From: Candidatus Methanomethylophilaceae archaeon | GTDB taxonomy: Archaea; Thermoplasmatota; Thermoplasmata; Methanomassiliicoccales; Methanomethylophilaceae | Direction of reading: 5' to 3' | Assembly (NCBI GenBank): GCA_050950505.1 | Contig: JBMNHS010000001.1 | Coordinates: 544,001 to 608,000, forward strand | Length of the DNA: 64,000 nucleotides | In this document: in pieces, positions 18,791 through 28,316 of the stretch | How the letters are laid out: the number at the start of each line of letters is the position of its first letter | Numbering within the stretch: position 1 is the first letter of the stretch | Notes under the pieces: generated by a model | Databases searched by the model: none | Told to the model about the DNA's origin: nothing | The model's input: the letters and a program-made list of their open reading frames with translations, nothing else | Translations under genes and position numbers: made by a program

Positions 18791-19564
18791 ATGCACACGA
18801 AGAGTATTAGCCAATCAGCCGAAGGTACGGAGTATTCCAAGCCTTACAGTTCGGGCAGGGCGGTAGCAGGCGGTTTCATGCTGTCAGCGATGCTTTGGTG
18901 GATTCCGGTAATCGGACCCGCCGTCGCCGGATTGTACGCCGGACGCAGATCGGGCTCTTTCATTAAAGGAATCATCACCTCCGCCATAGCCGGAGGTCTT
19001 CTTTTCGCCGCGGTGACCGTGGCTTCACACTACATTCTCGGCTCAACAGAATTCCACGACGCCATTGCGGAATCTGCAATAGGCGCGTTGGCAGGATATT
19101 TTGTCTGGGCCGAGATGTACCTTGAAAACTTCTTTGTTGCCGGAACGACGGAGATGTTGAAGATACCCTTCGGAGTATTGATTATTTTCGGAGGGGTCGG
19201 AGGTTCATTTTCGGAACTGCATCGCAGAGAGGCGGTCGCACTGATGGCGAACGGCGCCGTCTACTCGGCCATAAGACCGTTGGCCCGATCCGTGGAACTG
19301 TACGAAAGGGGCAAAGAGATGGGATTCGAGTCCTTCAACGAATGCATAACAATAAAGGATTCCGTCATGAGTTTTAATCTAAGAACTCCGAATTCCAAGA
19401 ACCGCCGCGAGGAAAAACAGGTGCACAGTTTTCAGACAAACACCGTCGCATCGGAAGAACCGACGTTCACAACCTCGGCAATGAACGATTCCAAAAGCCA
19501 CTTTTCGGACATTCTGGCTCAAACGGAAGTTCACAGGGACAACAAATCCCCTGCCAAAAAATAA
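18791..19564 (+). CDS. Hypothetical membrane protein
   Basis: Gly-rich hydrophobic helices (LWWIPVIGPAVAGLYAGR) and a soluble C-tail; TATA-like TTATTAAA upstream. Confidence 0.7.
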   Translation: MHTKSISQSAEGTEYSKPYSSGRAVAGGFMLSAMLWWIPVIGPAVAGLYAGRRSGSFIKGIITSAIAGGLLFAAVTVASHYILGSTEFHDAIAESAIGALAGYFVWAEMYLENFFVAGTTEMLKIPFGVLIIFGGVGGSFSELHRREAVALMANGAVYSAIRPLARSVELYERGKEMGFESFNECITIKDSVMSFNLRTPNSKNRREEKQVHSFQTNTVASEEPTFTTSAMNDSKSHFSDILAQTEVHRDNKSPAKK

Positions 19565-19572
19565 CATACGAC

Positions 19573-19587
19573 GGGCATTAAATGCCC
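19573..19587. terminator. Short inverted repeat GGGCATT-A-AATGCCC
   Basis: Immediately after the stop at 19564 and before the tfs promoter; terminator or operator. Confidence 0.3.
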
Positions 19588-19638
19588 TGTTCGATAAGTT
19601 ATTAATATCCTCATCCAATCGGGTTCACCAGTGATAGC

Positions 19639-19935
19639 TTGTTCTGCTCAGAATGCAAATCTTTGATGTTCCCGAAAGACGGGAAGTATGTCTGCAGTTC
19701 CTGTGAGTGTGCCGTAGAATTCGGTAAAGCACAAATTACCGTCACGGAAACCAGCGGCAAAGAAGCCCCCGTTGTGGGCGAAGACGTCACGACTCTTCCC
19801 AAAACCCGCATCACATGCGAAGAATGCGGCCACACAGAGGCTTACTTCGTTATCAGACAGACCCGTGCGGCGGATGAACCTGAAACGAGAATATACCGTT
19901 GCTGCAAATGCAACCATTCCTGGAGAGAGTATTGA
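19639..19935 (+). CDS. tfs: Transcription factor S (RpoM/TFS)
   Basis: Two Zn ribbons; QTRAADEP acidic hairpin; WREY end. Confidence 0.93.
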   Translation: MFCSECKSLMFPKDGKYVCSSCECAVEFGKAQITVTETSGKEAPVVGEDVTTLPKTRITCEECGHTEAYFVIRQTRAADEPETRIYRCCKCNHSWREY

Positions 19936-19952
19936 ACGGGCCGAGGTGAAAA

Positions 19953-20699
19953 ATGTTCAAAGCAGAGATTAAGTCTGATACGCTGAAGGGGCTTGTAAAC
20001 ATAGTTTCGACGCTCATAGATGAGGTAAAACTCACCATTGGGCCCGAAGGCATCAGTCTGAAAGCCATGGATCCTGCCCGAGTGGCGATGGTCGAAGTTA
20101 ACATCGATTCCGGAGCCTTTGAGTCATATTCGGCCGATGAGACCGAAATCGGCCTCGATCTTGATAAGGTAAAGGGCGTACTGAAACTCGCCTCTTCCGG
20201 GGATATCATATCCATGGAGCAGGATGAAAATCACGGAAAATTAGTTTTCAAAGTCGGGAACATAACCCGTCGCATGCATTTGGTGGACACTTCGAGGATG
20301 AACGATCCCAGATTCCCTCAGCTGTCCCTGTCTTCCAAAATCAACATTCCCATCGAAGAACTTCAGCAGGGGATAAGGGCTTCCGAATCGATTTCCGACC
20401 ACATCGCTCTGACGGTGAATAATCAGGGATTCGAACTGTCCTGCGAAGGGGACACCGATTCCGCGAGCCTTATGGTTTCTAAAGACAAATTGAAATCCAT
20501 GGAACTTCCCGAAGGCAACGACGCTTTCAAAAGCATGTTCCCCCTGGATTACTTTGCCAACCTGGTAAAGGCCATACCCTCGGGAACCACGGTCTGCATC
20601 GAGCTTGATTCCGATTACCCAATCAAAATGAATTTTGAATTCGCCGACGGAAACGGAAAGGTAAGTTATCTTCTCGCTCCGAGAATAGAGAGTGACTGA
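19953..20699 (+). CDS. pcn: DNA polymerase sliding clamp PCNA
   Basis: LIDE, AMDPARVAMV, DYP, YLLAPRIE motifs. Confidence 0.95.
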   Translation: MFKAEIKSDTLKGLVNIVSTLIDEVKLTIGPEGISLKAMDPARVAMVEVNIDSGAFESYSADETEIGLDLDKVKGVLKLASSGDIISMEQDENHGKLVFKVGNITRRMHLVDTSRMNDPRFPQLSLSSKINIPIEELQQGIRASESISDHIALTVNNQGFELSCEGDTDSASLMVSKDKLKSMELPEGNDAFKSMFPLDYFANLVKAIPSGTTVCIELDSDYPIKMNFEFADGNGKVSYLLAPRIESD

Positions 20700-21549
20700 G
20701 TCGGTGATTCACTTGGCAGAGACTGAGGCGGATCTGAAAATCATAGCCAATAAACTCAGAACACACGTAATTGAGATGACGTCCGCTGCGGGATCGGGGC
20801 ACCCCGGCGGCTCTCTTTCATCTGCCGATCTTATGGCCGCTCTGTATTTCAGAGTGATGAACCACCGGCCCGAAGAACCCGATTGGGAAGGAAGGGACCG
20901 TTTTGTACTGTCCAAAGGACACGTGGCCCCCATTCTGTATGCCTCTTTGGCGGAGGCGGGATATTTCCCCGTCGAGGAACTTCTTACTCTGAGAAAAATA
21001 AACAGCAGACTTCAGGGCCACCCCGTCAAAGGCAGATTGCCCGGGGTGGAAATGTCCACGGGTTCATTGGGACAGGGGCTGAGCATGGCCGCGGGCATGG
21101 CGTTGGCCGCAAAGATCGACGGTAAAAAACACAACGTTTACTGTCTTCTCGGCGACGGGGAACTGCAGAGCGGCATGAACTGGGAAGCCGCAATGTTTTC
21201 GTCACATTACAAACTTAACAACCTTATCGCTTTCGTCGACCGCAACAGTCTGCAGATTTCCGGCGATACGGAGGATGTGGTCAGCATAGAGCCTCTGGCG
21301 GCCAAATGGAAGGCTTTCGGATGGAGAGTGAAGACCATTGACGGTCACAACATCAAAAAGATTCTTTCCGCCTGCGCATGGGCCGGAAAAGCAAAGGACC
21401 GGCCCACAGTGCTGATTCTCAAGACAATAAAAGGCAGCGGAGTGTCTTTCATGGAAAACAATGCCGATTTCCACGGAAAGAGCTGCAATCCCGAAGAAAT
21501 GGAATGTGCGGAAAGGGAACTCAAAGAAGCAATGGAGAGATGCAAATGA
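20692..21549 (+). CDS. tkt: Transketolase, N-terminal (TPP-binding) subunit
   Basis: SGHPGGSLS, DRFVLSKGH, LQGHP, STGSLGQG, GDGE. Confidence 0.93.
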   Translation: MTESVIHLAETEADLKIIANKLRTHVIEMTSAAGSGHPGGSLSSADLMAALYFRVMNHRPEEPDWEGRDRFVLSKGHVAPILYASLAEAGYFPVEELLTLRKINSRLQGHPVKGRLPGVEMSTGSLGQGLSMAAGMALAAKIDGKKHNVYCLLGDGELQSGMNWEAAMFSSHYKLNNLIAFVDRNSLQISGDTEDVVSIEPLAAKWKAFGWRVKTIDGHNIKKILSACAWAGKAKDRPTVLILKTIKGSGVSFMENNADFHGKSCNPEEMECAERELKEAMERCK

Positions 21550-22484
21550 CCAAAATGTTGGCACAACGCGATTATTACGGCAAAGCGCTGAGGGAATTGG
21601 CCCAGCGTGAGAATGTGATCGTATTGGATGCGGATCTCGCAGGTTCCACCAAAACCCTTGAATTTTACAAAGCGTGTCCCGAAAGATTCGTCGAAGTGGG
21701 CATAGCCGAACAGAACATGATAGGCATCGCCTCCGGTCTTGCCGCCGAAGGCAAAACCGTTTTCGCATCCACTTTCGGAGTATTTGCTTCCGGAAGGTGC
21801 TGGGAACAGATCAGATTGGGCGTGGCGTATCCTGAACTGAACGTCAAAATCGTGGCCACTCACTGCGGAATCAGTGTGGGCGAGGACGGAGCGTCCCACC
21901 AGGCTTTGGAAGACATGTCAATCATGAGGAGTCTTCCCAACATGGTCGTGATTTCTCCTGCGGATGCGTACATGACCTACGCCGCCACCTTGGCGATAGC
22001 CGATTACGACGGACCGGTCTATATGAGACTGGGACGTTCCCCGGTCCCCGTCATAAGCGAGGAAGAGGACATATTCGAAATAGGAAAGGCAAGAGTTCTT
22101 TCGGAGGGTTCCGACGTTACTCTGATAGGCACGGGACAGCTCACTCACGGATGTCTCAAAGCCGCCGAGGAACTCAGGAAAGAAGGAATATCCGCGGAAG
22201 TCATCGATGTATCCACAATCAAACCCCTGGACGGGAAAACCATTCTTGGGTCCGTCGGCAAGACGGGATGTGCCGTGACCGCGGAAGAACACAGCATCAT
22301 CGGAGGTTTGGGTTCCGCCGTGGCCGAACTGCTTTCCGAAGAATACCCCGCTCCTTTGCAGAGAGTGGGCACCAGAGACATGTTCGGAGAGTCCGGAAAA
22401 CCCGATGAACTCTTCGTGAAATACGGATTGACGTCGGCGGACATAGCAGAAGCCGCCCGGACATCCATCAATAAAAAGAGATGA
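21546..22484 (+). CDS. tkt: Transketolase, C-terminal subunit
   Basis: [38 protein letters not shown]; ATGA overlap. Confidence 0.93.
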   Translation: MTKMLAQRDYYGKALRELAQRENVIVLDADLAGSTKTLEFYKACPERFVEVGIAEQNMIGIASGLAAEGKTVFASTFGVFASGRCWEQIRLGVAYPELNVKIVATHCGISVGEDGASHQALEDMSIMRSLPNMVVISPADAYMTYAATLAIADYDGPVYMRLGRSPVPVISEEEDIFEIGKARVLSEGSDVTLIGTGQLTHGCLKAAEELRKEGISAEVIDVSTIKPLDGKTILGSVGKTGCAVTAEEHSIIGGLGSAVAELLSEEYPAPLQRVGTRDMFGESGKPDELFVKYGLTSADIAEAARTSINKKR

Positions 22485-22488
22485 TTCA

Positions 22489-23136
22489 ATGAAGATTTTC
22501 ATAGATACCGCAAATTTGGAAATGATCAAGGAAATAAACAGCTGGGGAATTCTGGACGGAGTGACCACGAATCCCAGTCTTATAGCCAAGGAAGGAACTG
22601 ACGTCGCCACCCGCGTGAAAGAAATCGCGGAAATCGTGGACGGACCCATTTCCGCCGAGGCCATGTCCACGGACTGGGAAGGAATGGTCGAGGAAGGAAA
22701 AAAATTGGCCGGGATCCATAAAAACATAAACGTCAAACTTCCCATGTGCGTGGAATCGCTCAAAGCCACCAAGGTATTGTCCGAAGAAGGGATAGACGTC
22801 AACATGACCCTCATATTCTCCCCTCACCAGGCTCTGTTGGCCGCCAAGGCGGGAGCGAAATACGTTTCTCCCTTCATCGGCCGTCTGGACGACATAGGAT
22901 GCTACGGATCCGATCTCCTGGGTCAGATCTGCGGAGTGTTGGACAACTATGAACTGGACACCGAAATAATAGCTGCAAGCATCAGAAATCCCGTTCACGT
23001 TCTCGACGCGGCTCTTGCGGGATGCGACATAGCCACGATACCTTACGACATTCTTCTTAAGATGGTCGCTCATCCCAAAACCGATGAAGGAATCGCGAAC
23101 TTCGTTGCGGATTTCGAGAAATCGAAAAAGAAATAA
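22489..23136 (+). CDS. tal: Transaldolase (TalC/FSA family)
   Basis: [37 protein letters not shown]. Confidence 0.93.
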   Translation: MKIFIDTANLEMIKEINSWGILDGVTTNPSLIAKEGTDVATRVKEIAEIVDGPISAEAMSTDWEGMVEEGKKLAGIHKNINVKLPMCVESLKATKVLSEEGIDVNMTLIFSPHQALLAAKAGAKYVSPFIGRLDDIGCYGSDLLGQICGVLDNYELDTEIIAASIRNPVHVLDAALAGCDIATIPYDILLKMVAHPKTDEGIANFVADFEKSKKK

Positions 23137-23138
23137 TC

Positions 23139-24281
23139 ATGTATGATTCCGTCGTGATAGGCGGAGGTCCCGCAGGCAGCAAAGCCGCCGAACTTCTTGC
23201 GAAAGATTTCGACGTCATGGTAATGGAAGAGCACGGCTCATCGGGAATTCCCGCGGGTTGCGCAGGTCTTATCACCGACGAAGTTCTGAGAATGTCCGGC
23301 GTCAAACCCGACGTGCACAACAGACTCTTCGGGGCTCATGTGTATTTTCCCTGCGGCGAGAAAATAACCGTAAGATCCGATTGGGCGAAAGCCAATGTTT
23401 TGGACCGTTCCGAATTGGACGGTCTGATGGCCGAAAAAGCCATGGATGCGGGAGCCGAATACCGTTTCGGCTGCAAATACAAGGGACACAGGGTATCGGA
23501 TAAAGCAATCGTGGATTCCACAGCGGGAAAAACGGAATGTTCTTTGCTGGTGGGTGCCGACGGCCACAGCTCCAAAGTCGCAATGTCTCTCGGCAAAAAC
23601 AACAATCCGAAAGAATACCTCCGGGGGTTCCAGATGGATGTCCGTAAAAGATACGACGAAGAGGATATGATCGTCATCCGTCTGGGTTCCGAAACGGCTC
23701 CGGGATTTTTTTCATGGGAAATCCCCTTCGGAGACAACGTCCGGGCGGGACTCTGCGCTTCGTGGTCGGCGGGTTACCCGTACGATTACATGAAGAAACT
23801 TCTGAAAACCGCAGGATTGGAAAACTCCGAAATTCTCAAAACCTATTCGGGCAAAATTCCAATAGGGGGGAGGCCCAAATCTTACGGGGAAAGAGTGCTG
23901 CTGATAGGCGATGCCGCGGGTCAGGTAAAGCCCGTCTCGGGCGGCGGGCTGTATCCTGCCTTCAAATCCGCCGAACCTCTTTACGACACGGCATCGAAAG
24001 CCTTCGGAACCGGGGATTTCTCGGAACGCGGTCTTTCCGGCTATGAAAAAATGTGGAAAAAGAGTGCCGGCAAAGAACTCCGCACCGGATACGCTCTGAG
24101 AAAATTGTTCCTTAAATTCGGGGATGAGGATTTCAACCGTGCCTATGCCGCCGCATCCAAAGAATCCGTCAGAAGCCTGTTGGACGAAATAAATCTGGAC
24201 AGTCCCAGCAAGGTCGTTTCCGAAATGAGACTCAGGGACATGGCAGGTTTCGTCCCGATTCTCATGAGGGTTCTTTTATGA
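23139..24281 (+). CDS. Geranylgeranyl reductase-family flavoprotein (paralog 1)
   Basis: GGGPAG, G.P..CAG, GADG, APGFFSWEIP, GDAAGQVKP.SGGG. Confidence 0.85.
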   Translation: MYDSVVIGGGPAGSKAAELLAKDFDVMVMEEHGSSGIPAGCAGLITDEVLRMSGVKPDVHNRLFGAHVYFPCGEKITVRSDWAKANVLDRSELDGLMAEKAMDAGAEYRFGCKYKGHRVSDKAIVDSTAGKTECSLLVGADGHSSKVAMSLGKNNNPKEYLRGFQMDVRKRYDEEDMIVIRLGSETAPGFFSWEIPFGDNVRAGLCASWSAGYPYDYMKKLLKTAGLENSEILKTYSGKIPIGGRPKSYGERVLLIGDAAGQVKPVSGGGLYPAFKSAEPLYDTASKAFGTGDFSERGLSGYEKMWKKSAGKELRTGYALRKLFLKFGDEDFNRAYAAASKESVRSLLDEINLDSPSKVVSEMRLRDMAGFVPILMRVLL

Positions 24282-25297
24282 GAAAAGTCCCCGCCGCGAA
24301 GATTCCGGAAAACGAAGCTTCGGAAACCATTCCCGAACTGATAAAAAACGGAATCGCGGACCGGACCGCCAAAATTTCCAAAGAAAAAGGATTCAGACTT
24401 GTCCCGTTGCTTCCGAACAAGGTGGACGAAGTCTCCCACAGATACGAAATATGCGAAACCGAATCCCACACACTTGAAAGACTGGCCCCCCAGGAACGGA
24501 TTCTTCACAGACTTTCGGATCTCCCCGTAAACATAACCGAAAAGCTTCCGATGAAATGGGAGTCCGCGGGTGACGTGTTGATTCTCAAACTCGACGAAAG
24601 CTGCATGGAACACAAAGAAGAAATCGGCAAAGCTTACGCCGAGATACTGAACGCGGAAACGGTCTGCGCCGACGTGTCGGGGGTATCGGGGGAATTCCGA
24701 AAGCCCGAAATGGAAATACTGTACGGAAACAAAACCGAATCCGTGCGTTTGGAAAACGGGATTCTTTACGATTTTGACGTGACCAAAGTCATGTTCGCGT
24801 CGGGCAACACCGACGAAAGGATGAGGATGCGCAATCTGGACTGCGGGGGAGAAACGGTAATCGACATGTTTGCGGGGATAGGTTATTTTACTCTGCCATT
24901 GTCAAAATACGCAAATCCCCGTAAAGTCTTCGCCTGTGAAAAGAATCCCGAGTCTTACGGATTCTTACTGAAAAACATAAGACTGAACGGATTGACGGAC
25001 GTAATAATCCCCATATTGGGGGATAACCGGGACCTGCCCGGAAAGAATTTCGCAGACCGTATTCTGATGGGTTACGTGCAGACCACTTCGAAATTTTTAC
25101 CGAAAGCCCTGTCACTGATCAAACCGGGAGGAATCATTCATTATCACGATACTTTCCCGACCCACGAAGAAAAGGAACGGGTGAGCAAAGTTTTCTCCGA
25201 AGTCTGCGGCAACTATGAAATTCTGGAAATCCGGGAGGTGAAGTCCTTCGCCCCCGGAGTTTCCCATTATGTTGCGGACGTCAGGATATCAGACTGA
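24278..25297 (+). CDS. taw2: Taw2/TYW2-Trm5 family tRNA wyosine-pathway transferase
   Basis: MFASGNTDER, DMFAGIGYF, EKNP, DRILMG, IIHYH. Confidence 0.8.
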   Translation: MRKVPAAKIPENEASETIPELIKNGIADRTAKISKEKGFRLVPLLPNKVDEVSHRYEICETESHTLERLAPQERILHRLSDLPVNITEKLPMKWESAGDVLILKLDESCMEHKEEIGKAYAEILNAETVCADVSGVSGEFRKPEMEILYGNKTESVRLENGILYDFDVTKVMFASGNTDERMRMRNLDCGGETVIDMFAGIGYFTLPLSKYANPRKVFACEKNPESYGFLLKNIRLNGLTDVIIPILGDNRDLPGKNFADRILMGYVQTTSKFLPKALSLIKPGGIIHYHDTFPTHEEKERVSKVFSEVCGNYEILEIREVKSFAPGVSHYVADVRISD

Positions 25298-26791
25298 TTC
25301 CCCGGAACCGCAGGCCGTCAACATTGTGTTCATGTCGTCTCTGTACTTCGAAGGTTCGGAATCTATCAGCAATTTCGCAAAAGGTATCAGGAATTCCATG
25401 AAATCCTTTTCTTCGGCGGAGAGCTTGAAAGGATACGTTTCTTCCGGATCGCAGGCCGCAAGGAACGCGGCGGACGCAGCTCTGGTGTTTTTGTCCTTCG
25501 CGACGGTACGGTCCAAGGAATCAAGCACCATTCCGGCGCCTCCGACTTTTGCGGCTTTCGCAAGCAGGTCGCAGAGTTTGGTCATGGGGCCGGGTTTGTT
25601 GAATTCAGGGAACGAATCGGCAACGCCGGACATGGTGTGCATCCTTCTCGCCTCGAGAAGAACATCTGACGGAACCTTTTTGGAAACATCTCCGAGTTTG
25701 TCGACAATCCCTTCGGATGTGCTGAGTTCGACAATCTTCGGACCGTGGGCCTCCCACAGCACGGACAGGGCATCGTTCACCCTCTCGGTTCTGAGAATCA
25801 CCGGAACGGGATATTCCTCAAGGAAGAGCCTCAGGGATTCTATGTCCGCGCCGGAACCTTTCAGAGCACCGAGGAATCCGTCAAGATCCGAGCCGTAATT
25901 GTTGTTGCCGATGATGTAAGCGACGCTCCCGCCCTCTTTCAGGCAGTTCATTCCGTCCTTCATGACGGAGTTGATCAATCCTTTGTCCGTGATCTGTCCC
26001 AGTGAATATTTCTTCAATTGGTCTTTTTCAACGGGAACGGTGCCGTCCTCATCCGCGGCACAGAATTTGTGTATGACCCTGACTTCGATATCATCCAACG
26101 GATCGGACGAAGCCACACGGGATATGATATACTGCAGGGAAGAAACGTCTTTTGCGCAATCGGAACAGATTCTTACGGTTCTGTCCAGTGATTTCACTTT
26201 GATTTCCAACACGGCGAGGGAAGTGTGACCGCAGTCCAACTCATCATCCTTGAACTCGTAGGGGGTTTCCCAGAATGTGTCGTAAAGGTAATCTTCCGGC
26301 ATGTTCGGACGGTTCGAACACACAAGATTCTCCTCGAAAGAGTAAAGGTTCAAACGGTGTTTTTTCACCACGGTGTTGTACAGAAGCAAACGTTTCTTCG
26401 GATCCTTGTGATACTGGCACCCGATCATCTTGTCGGCACCCACGGAGCCTCTGACGGCGTAAGACACGCGTTCGTCACCCAGTTTGGCGGAAGCCAGCAG
26501 CGGAATGGTGCCGTCGGCGGCAAGGGATATGGTTCCGGCATAGGCCCGGGCGATATCATGGCCTCTCGAAGCGTACTTTTTCAAAGCTGAGGGATTGTCG
26601 GCATAAGATGCAACGGCCTGAACTTCGCGGAAAGGTTTGTCAAAATGACATTTTCTGCAGTCTCCCGCGCACATAGGTCTGAGAAGACCCGGATCCGCGG
26701 CAAGTTCCGCGGAGATGTCCAGCAACTCTTCCTCCAATCTTTTTGAAGTGTGAACCACACCTCTCATTCTCATCCGTTTTTTCCGGGCCAT
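25289..26791 (-). CDS. Large hypothetical protein with Cys clusters
   Basis: ~500-aa ORF with normal composition; CAGDCRKC and CSDC motifs; no family recognised. Confidence 0.75.
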   Translation of the reverse strand: MARKKRMRMRGVVHTSKRLEEELLDISAELAADPGLLRPMCAGDCRKCHFDKPFREVQAVASYADNPSALKKYASRGHDIARAYAGTISLAADGTIPLLASAKLGDERVSYAVRGSVGADKMIGCQYHKDPKKRLLLYNTVVKKHRLNLYSFEENLVCSNRPNMPEDYLYDTFWETPYEFKDDELDCGHTSLAVLEIKVKSLDRTVRICSDCAKDVSSLQYIISRVASSDPLDDIEVRVIHKFCAADEDGTVPVEKDQLKKYSLGQITDKGLINSVMKDGMNCLKEGGSVAYIIGNNNYGSDLDGFLGALKGSGADIESLRLFLEEYPVPVILRTERVNDALSVLWEAHGPKIVELSTSEGIVDKLGDVSKKVPSDVLLEARRMHTMSGVADSFPEFNKPGPMTKLCDLLAKAAKVGGAGMVLDSLDRTVAKDKNTRAASAAFLAACDPEETYPFKLSAEEKDFMEFLIPFAKLLIDSEPSKYRDDMNTMLTACGSGESV

Positions 26792-26869
26792 GGAACATGG
26801 AATGCATAACACTCTAATAAGTCTAATGAGGCGTCAACACTGAATAAAAGAACTGCATTCACATTCTAC

Positions 26870-27367
26870 GTGGATATTCTTGAACGTCACAGACGGGCGG
26901 TGCGGGAGTTCCTTGCCCGGCCCCCGTTCGGTTACAGAAATCTGTCCGAGGAGGAATTGGATCTCTTTTCCGCGGCAACGATACACGACAGTTTCTCCAA
27001 CGAACACAACCTGAAGTCCAATTATGAAAGACTGGAATTCCTCGGGGATGCGGTGCTGGAATTCTCGGCCTGCAAACACATTTACGAAAACACAGATTTC
27101 ACCGAGGGGGACATGACTGCGGAGAAGCAGAAAATCGTCTGCAACAATTCCATATCCCGCGCGGTGCTGGAATCCGGACTGAATCTCGACGAAGTCATCG
27201 TTACCGGCAAAGGTCACGCAGATCCGGTCACAGGGGAATGCGAAATAAACGAAACCATGAGATCCGACGCTTTCGAAGCCGTCCTTGGAGCCGTATGCCT
27301 GACAAAAGGAATCGAAGAGGCGGAAAGAATAGTGACTGCGATTTTAATCAATCAAACACGTATTTAA
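26870..27367 (+). CDS. rnc: Ribonuclease III catalytic domain lacking dsRBD
   Basis: Signature HDS...NYERLEFLGDAVL and SDAFEAVLGA; only 165 aa. Confidence 0.88.
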   Translation: MDILERHRRAVREFLARPPFGYRNLSEEELDLFSAATIHDSFSNEHNLKSNYERLEFLGDAVLEFSACKHIYENTDFTEGDMTAEKQKIVCNNSISRAVLESGLNLDEVIVTGKGHADPVTGECEINETMRSDAFEAVLGAVCLTKGIEEAERIVTAILINQTRI

Positions 27368-27389
27368 TGCAGTACTAACATTTGATGCC

Positions 27390-28316
27390 GTGGCTGACAA
27401 CGTAAGAAAGACGGCCGAGTCAATCAAGGACATGACGATAAGGGGAGCGGGCAAGATTGCCCGCGCCGGAGCGTCTGCCATGGGGGACTTCGCCAAAAAT
27501 TATAAAGGAAATTCACTGGAAGATTTCAAAGCCGAGCTCAGGAAATGTTCGGATGTGCTGACGTCATCCCGCCCTACCGCGGTGTCTCTGTGGAACGGGG
27601 TGAACGCAACCATGAGAGGACTGTCTTCCGCGGAAACCCTGGAAGAAGCGAAAGAACTGGTATCGTCCAATGCAAACGAGTTTGTCAAAATCTCGGCAAT
27701 GGCGGTACAGACGATTTCAAAAATGGGCGCCAACCGGATAAAGTCCGGGGATACGATTCTGACTCACTGCAACAGCAAAGCCGCGATCGGGGTCATCAAA
27801 GAAGCCCACAGGCAGGGAAAGGACATCAAGGTCTACGCCACCGAATCCCGTCCTTGGAGGCAGGGAATTCTCACGGTGAACGAACTGGCAGAAGAAGGCA
27901 TAGACACCACGCTGATAATCGACAGTTCCGTGAGAACCGTCATGAAGGACGTGGACAAAGTGTTCGTGGGTGCGGACACCATAACCTCCCACGGGGCGCT
28001 TCTGAACAAGATAGGAACGTCTCAGATTGCTCTTATTGCCCACGAAGCAAGAGTTCAGTTTTATGTCTGCAGCGAGACTTACAAATTTTCTTCCGCAACG
28101 ATATTCGGGGATATGGTGACCATAGAAGAACGGGATACCGATGAAGTGGTGAAAAAGGGGGAAATACCGGATACGGTGAAAATATTCAATCCGGTTTTCG
28201 ACAGCACTCCCGCCGCGTACATAGACGCAATAATAACGGACGTGGGCGTCATTCATCCCGGATCCGTCTATGACGTGATGATCAGACAACTGGGAAACAA
28301 CATATTTGAGGAATGA
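27390..28316 (+). CDS. e2b2: Ribose-1,5-bisphosphate isomerase (eIF2B-like)
   Basis: IRGAG, RPTAVSL, THCNS, TESRP..QG, VGAD, NKIGT, NPVFD.TP; operonic with RuBisCO and AMP phosphorylase. Confidence 0.92.
   Translation: MADNVRKTAESIKDMTIRGAGKIARAGASAMGDFAKNYKGNSLEDFKAELRKCSDVLTSSRPTAVSLWNGVNATMRGLSSAETLEEAKELVSSNANEFVKISAMAVQTISKMGANRIKSGDTILTHCNSKAAIGVIKEAHRQGKDIKVYATESRPWRQGILTVNELAEEGIDTTLIIDSSVRTVMKDVDKVFVGADTITSHGALLNKIGTSQIALIAHEARVQFYVCSETYKFSSATIFGDMVTIEERDTDEVVKKGEIPDTVKIFNPVFDSTPAAYIDAIITDVGVIHPGSVYDVMIRQLGNNIFEE

Noticed and set aside
26645-26675. CxxxCxxC (CAGDCRKC) as a radical SAM motif
   Set aside because: No aromatic residue before the last Cys and no GGE or other radical SAM barrel motifs
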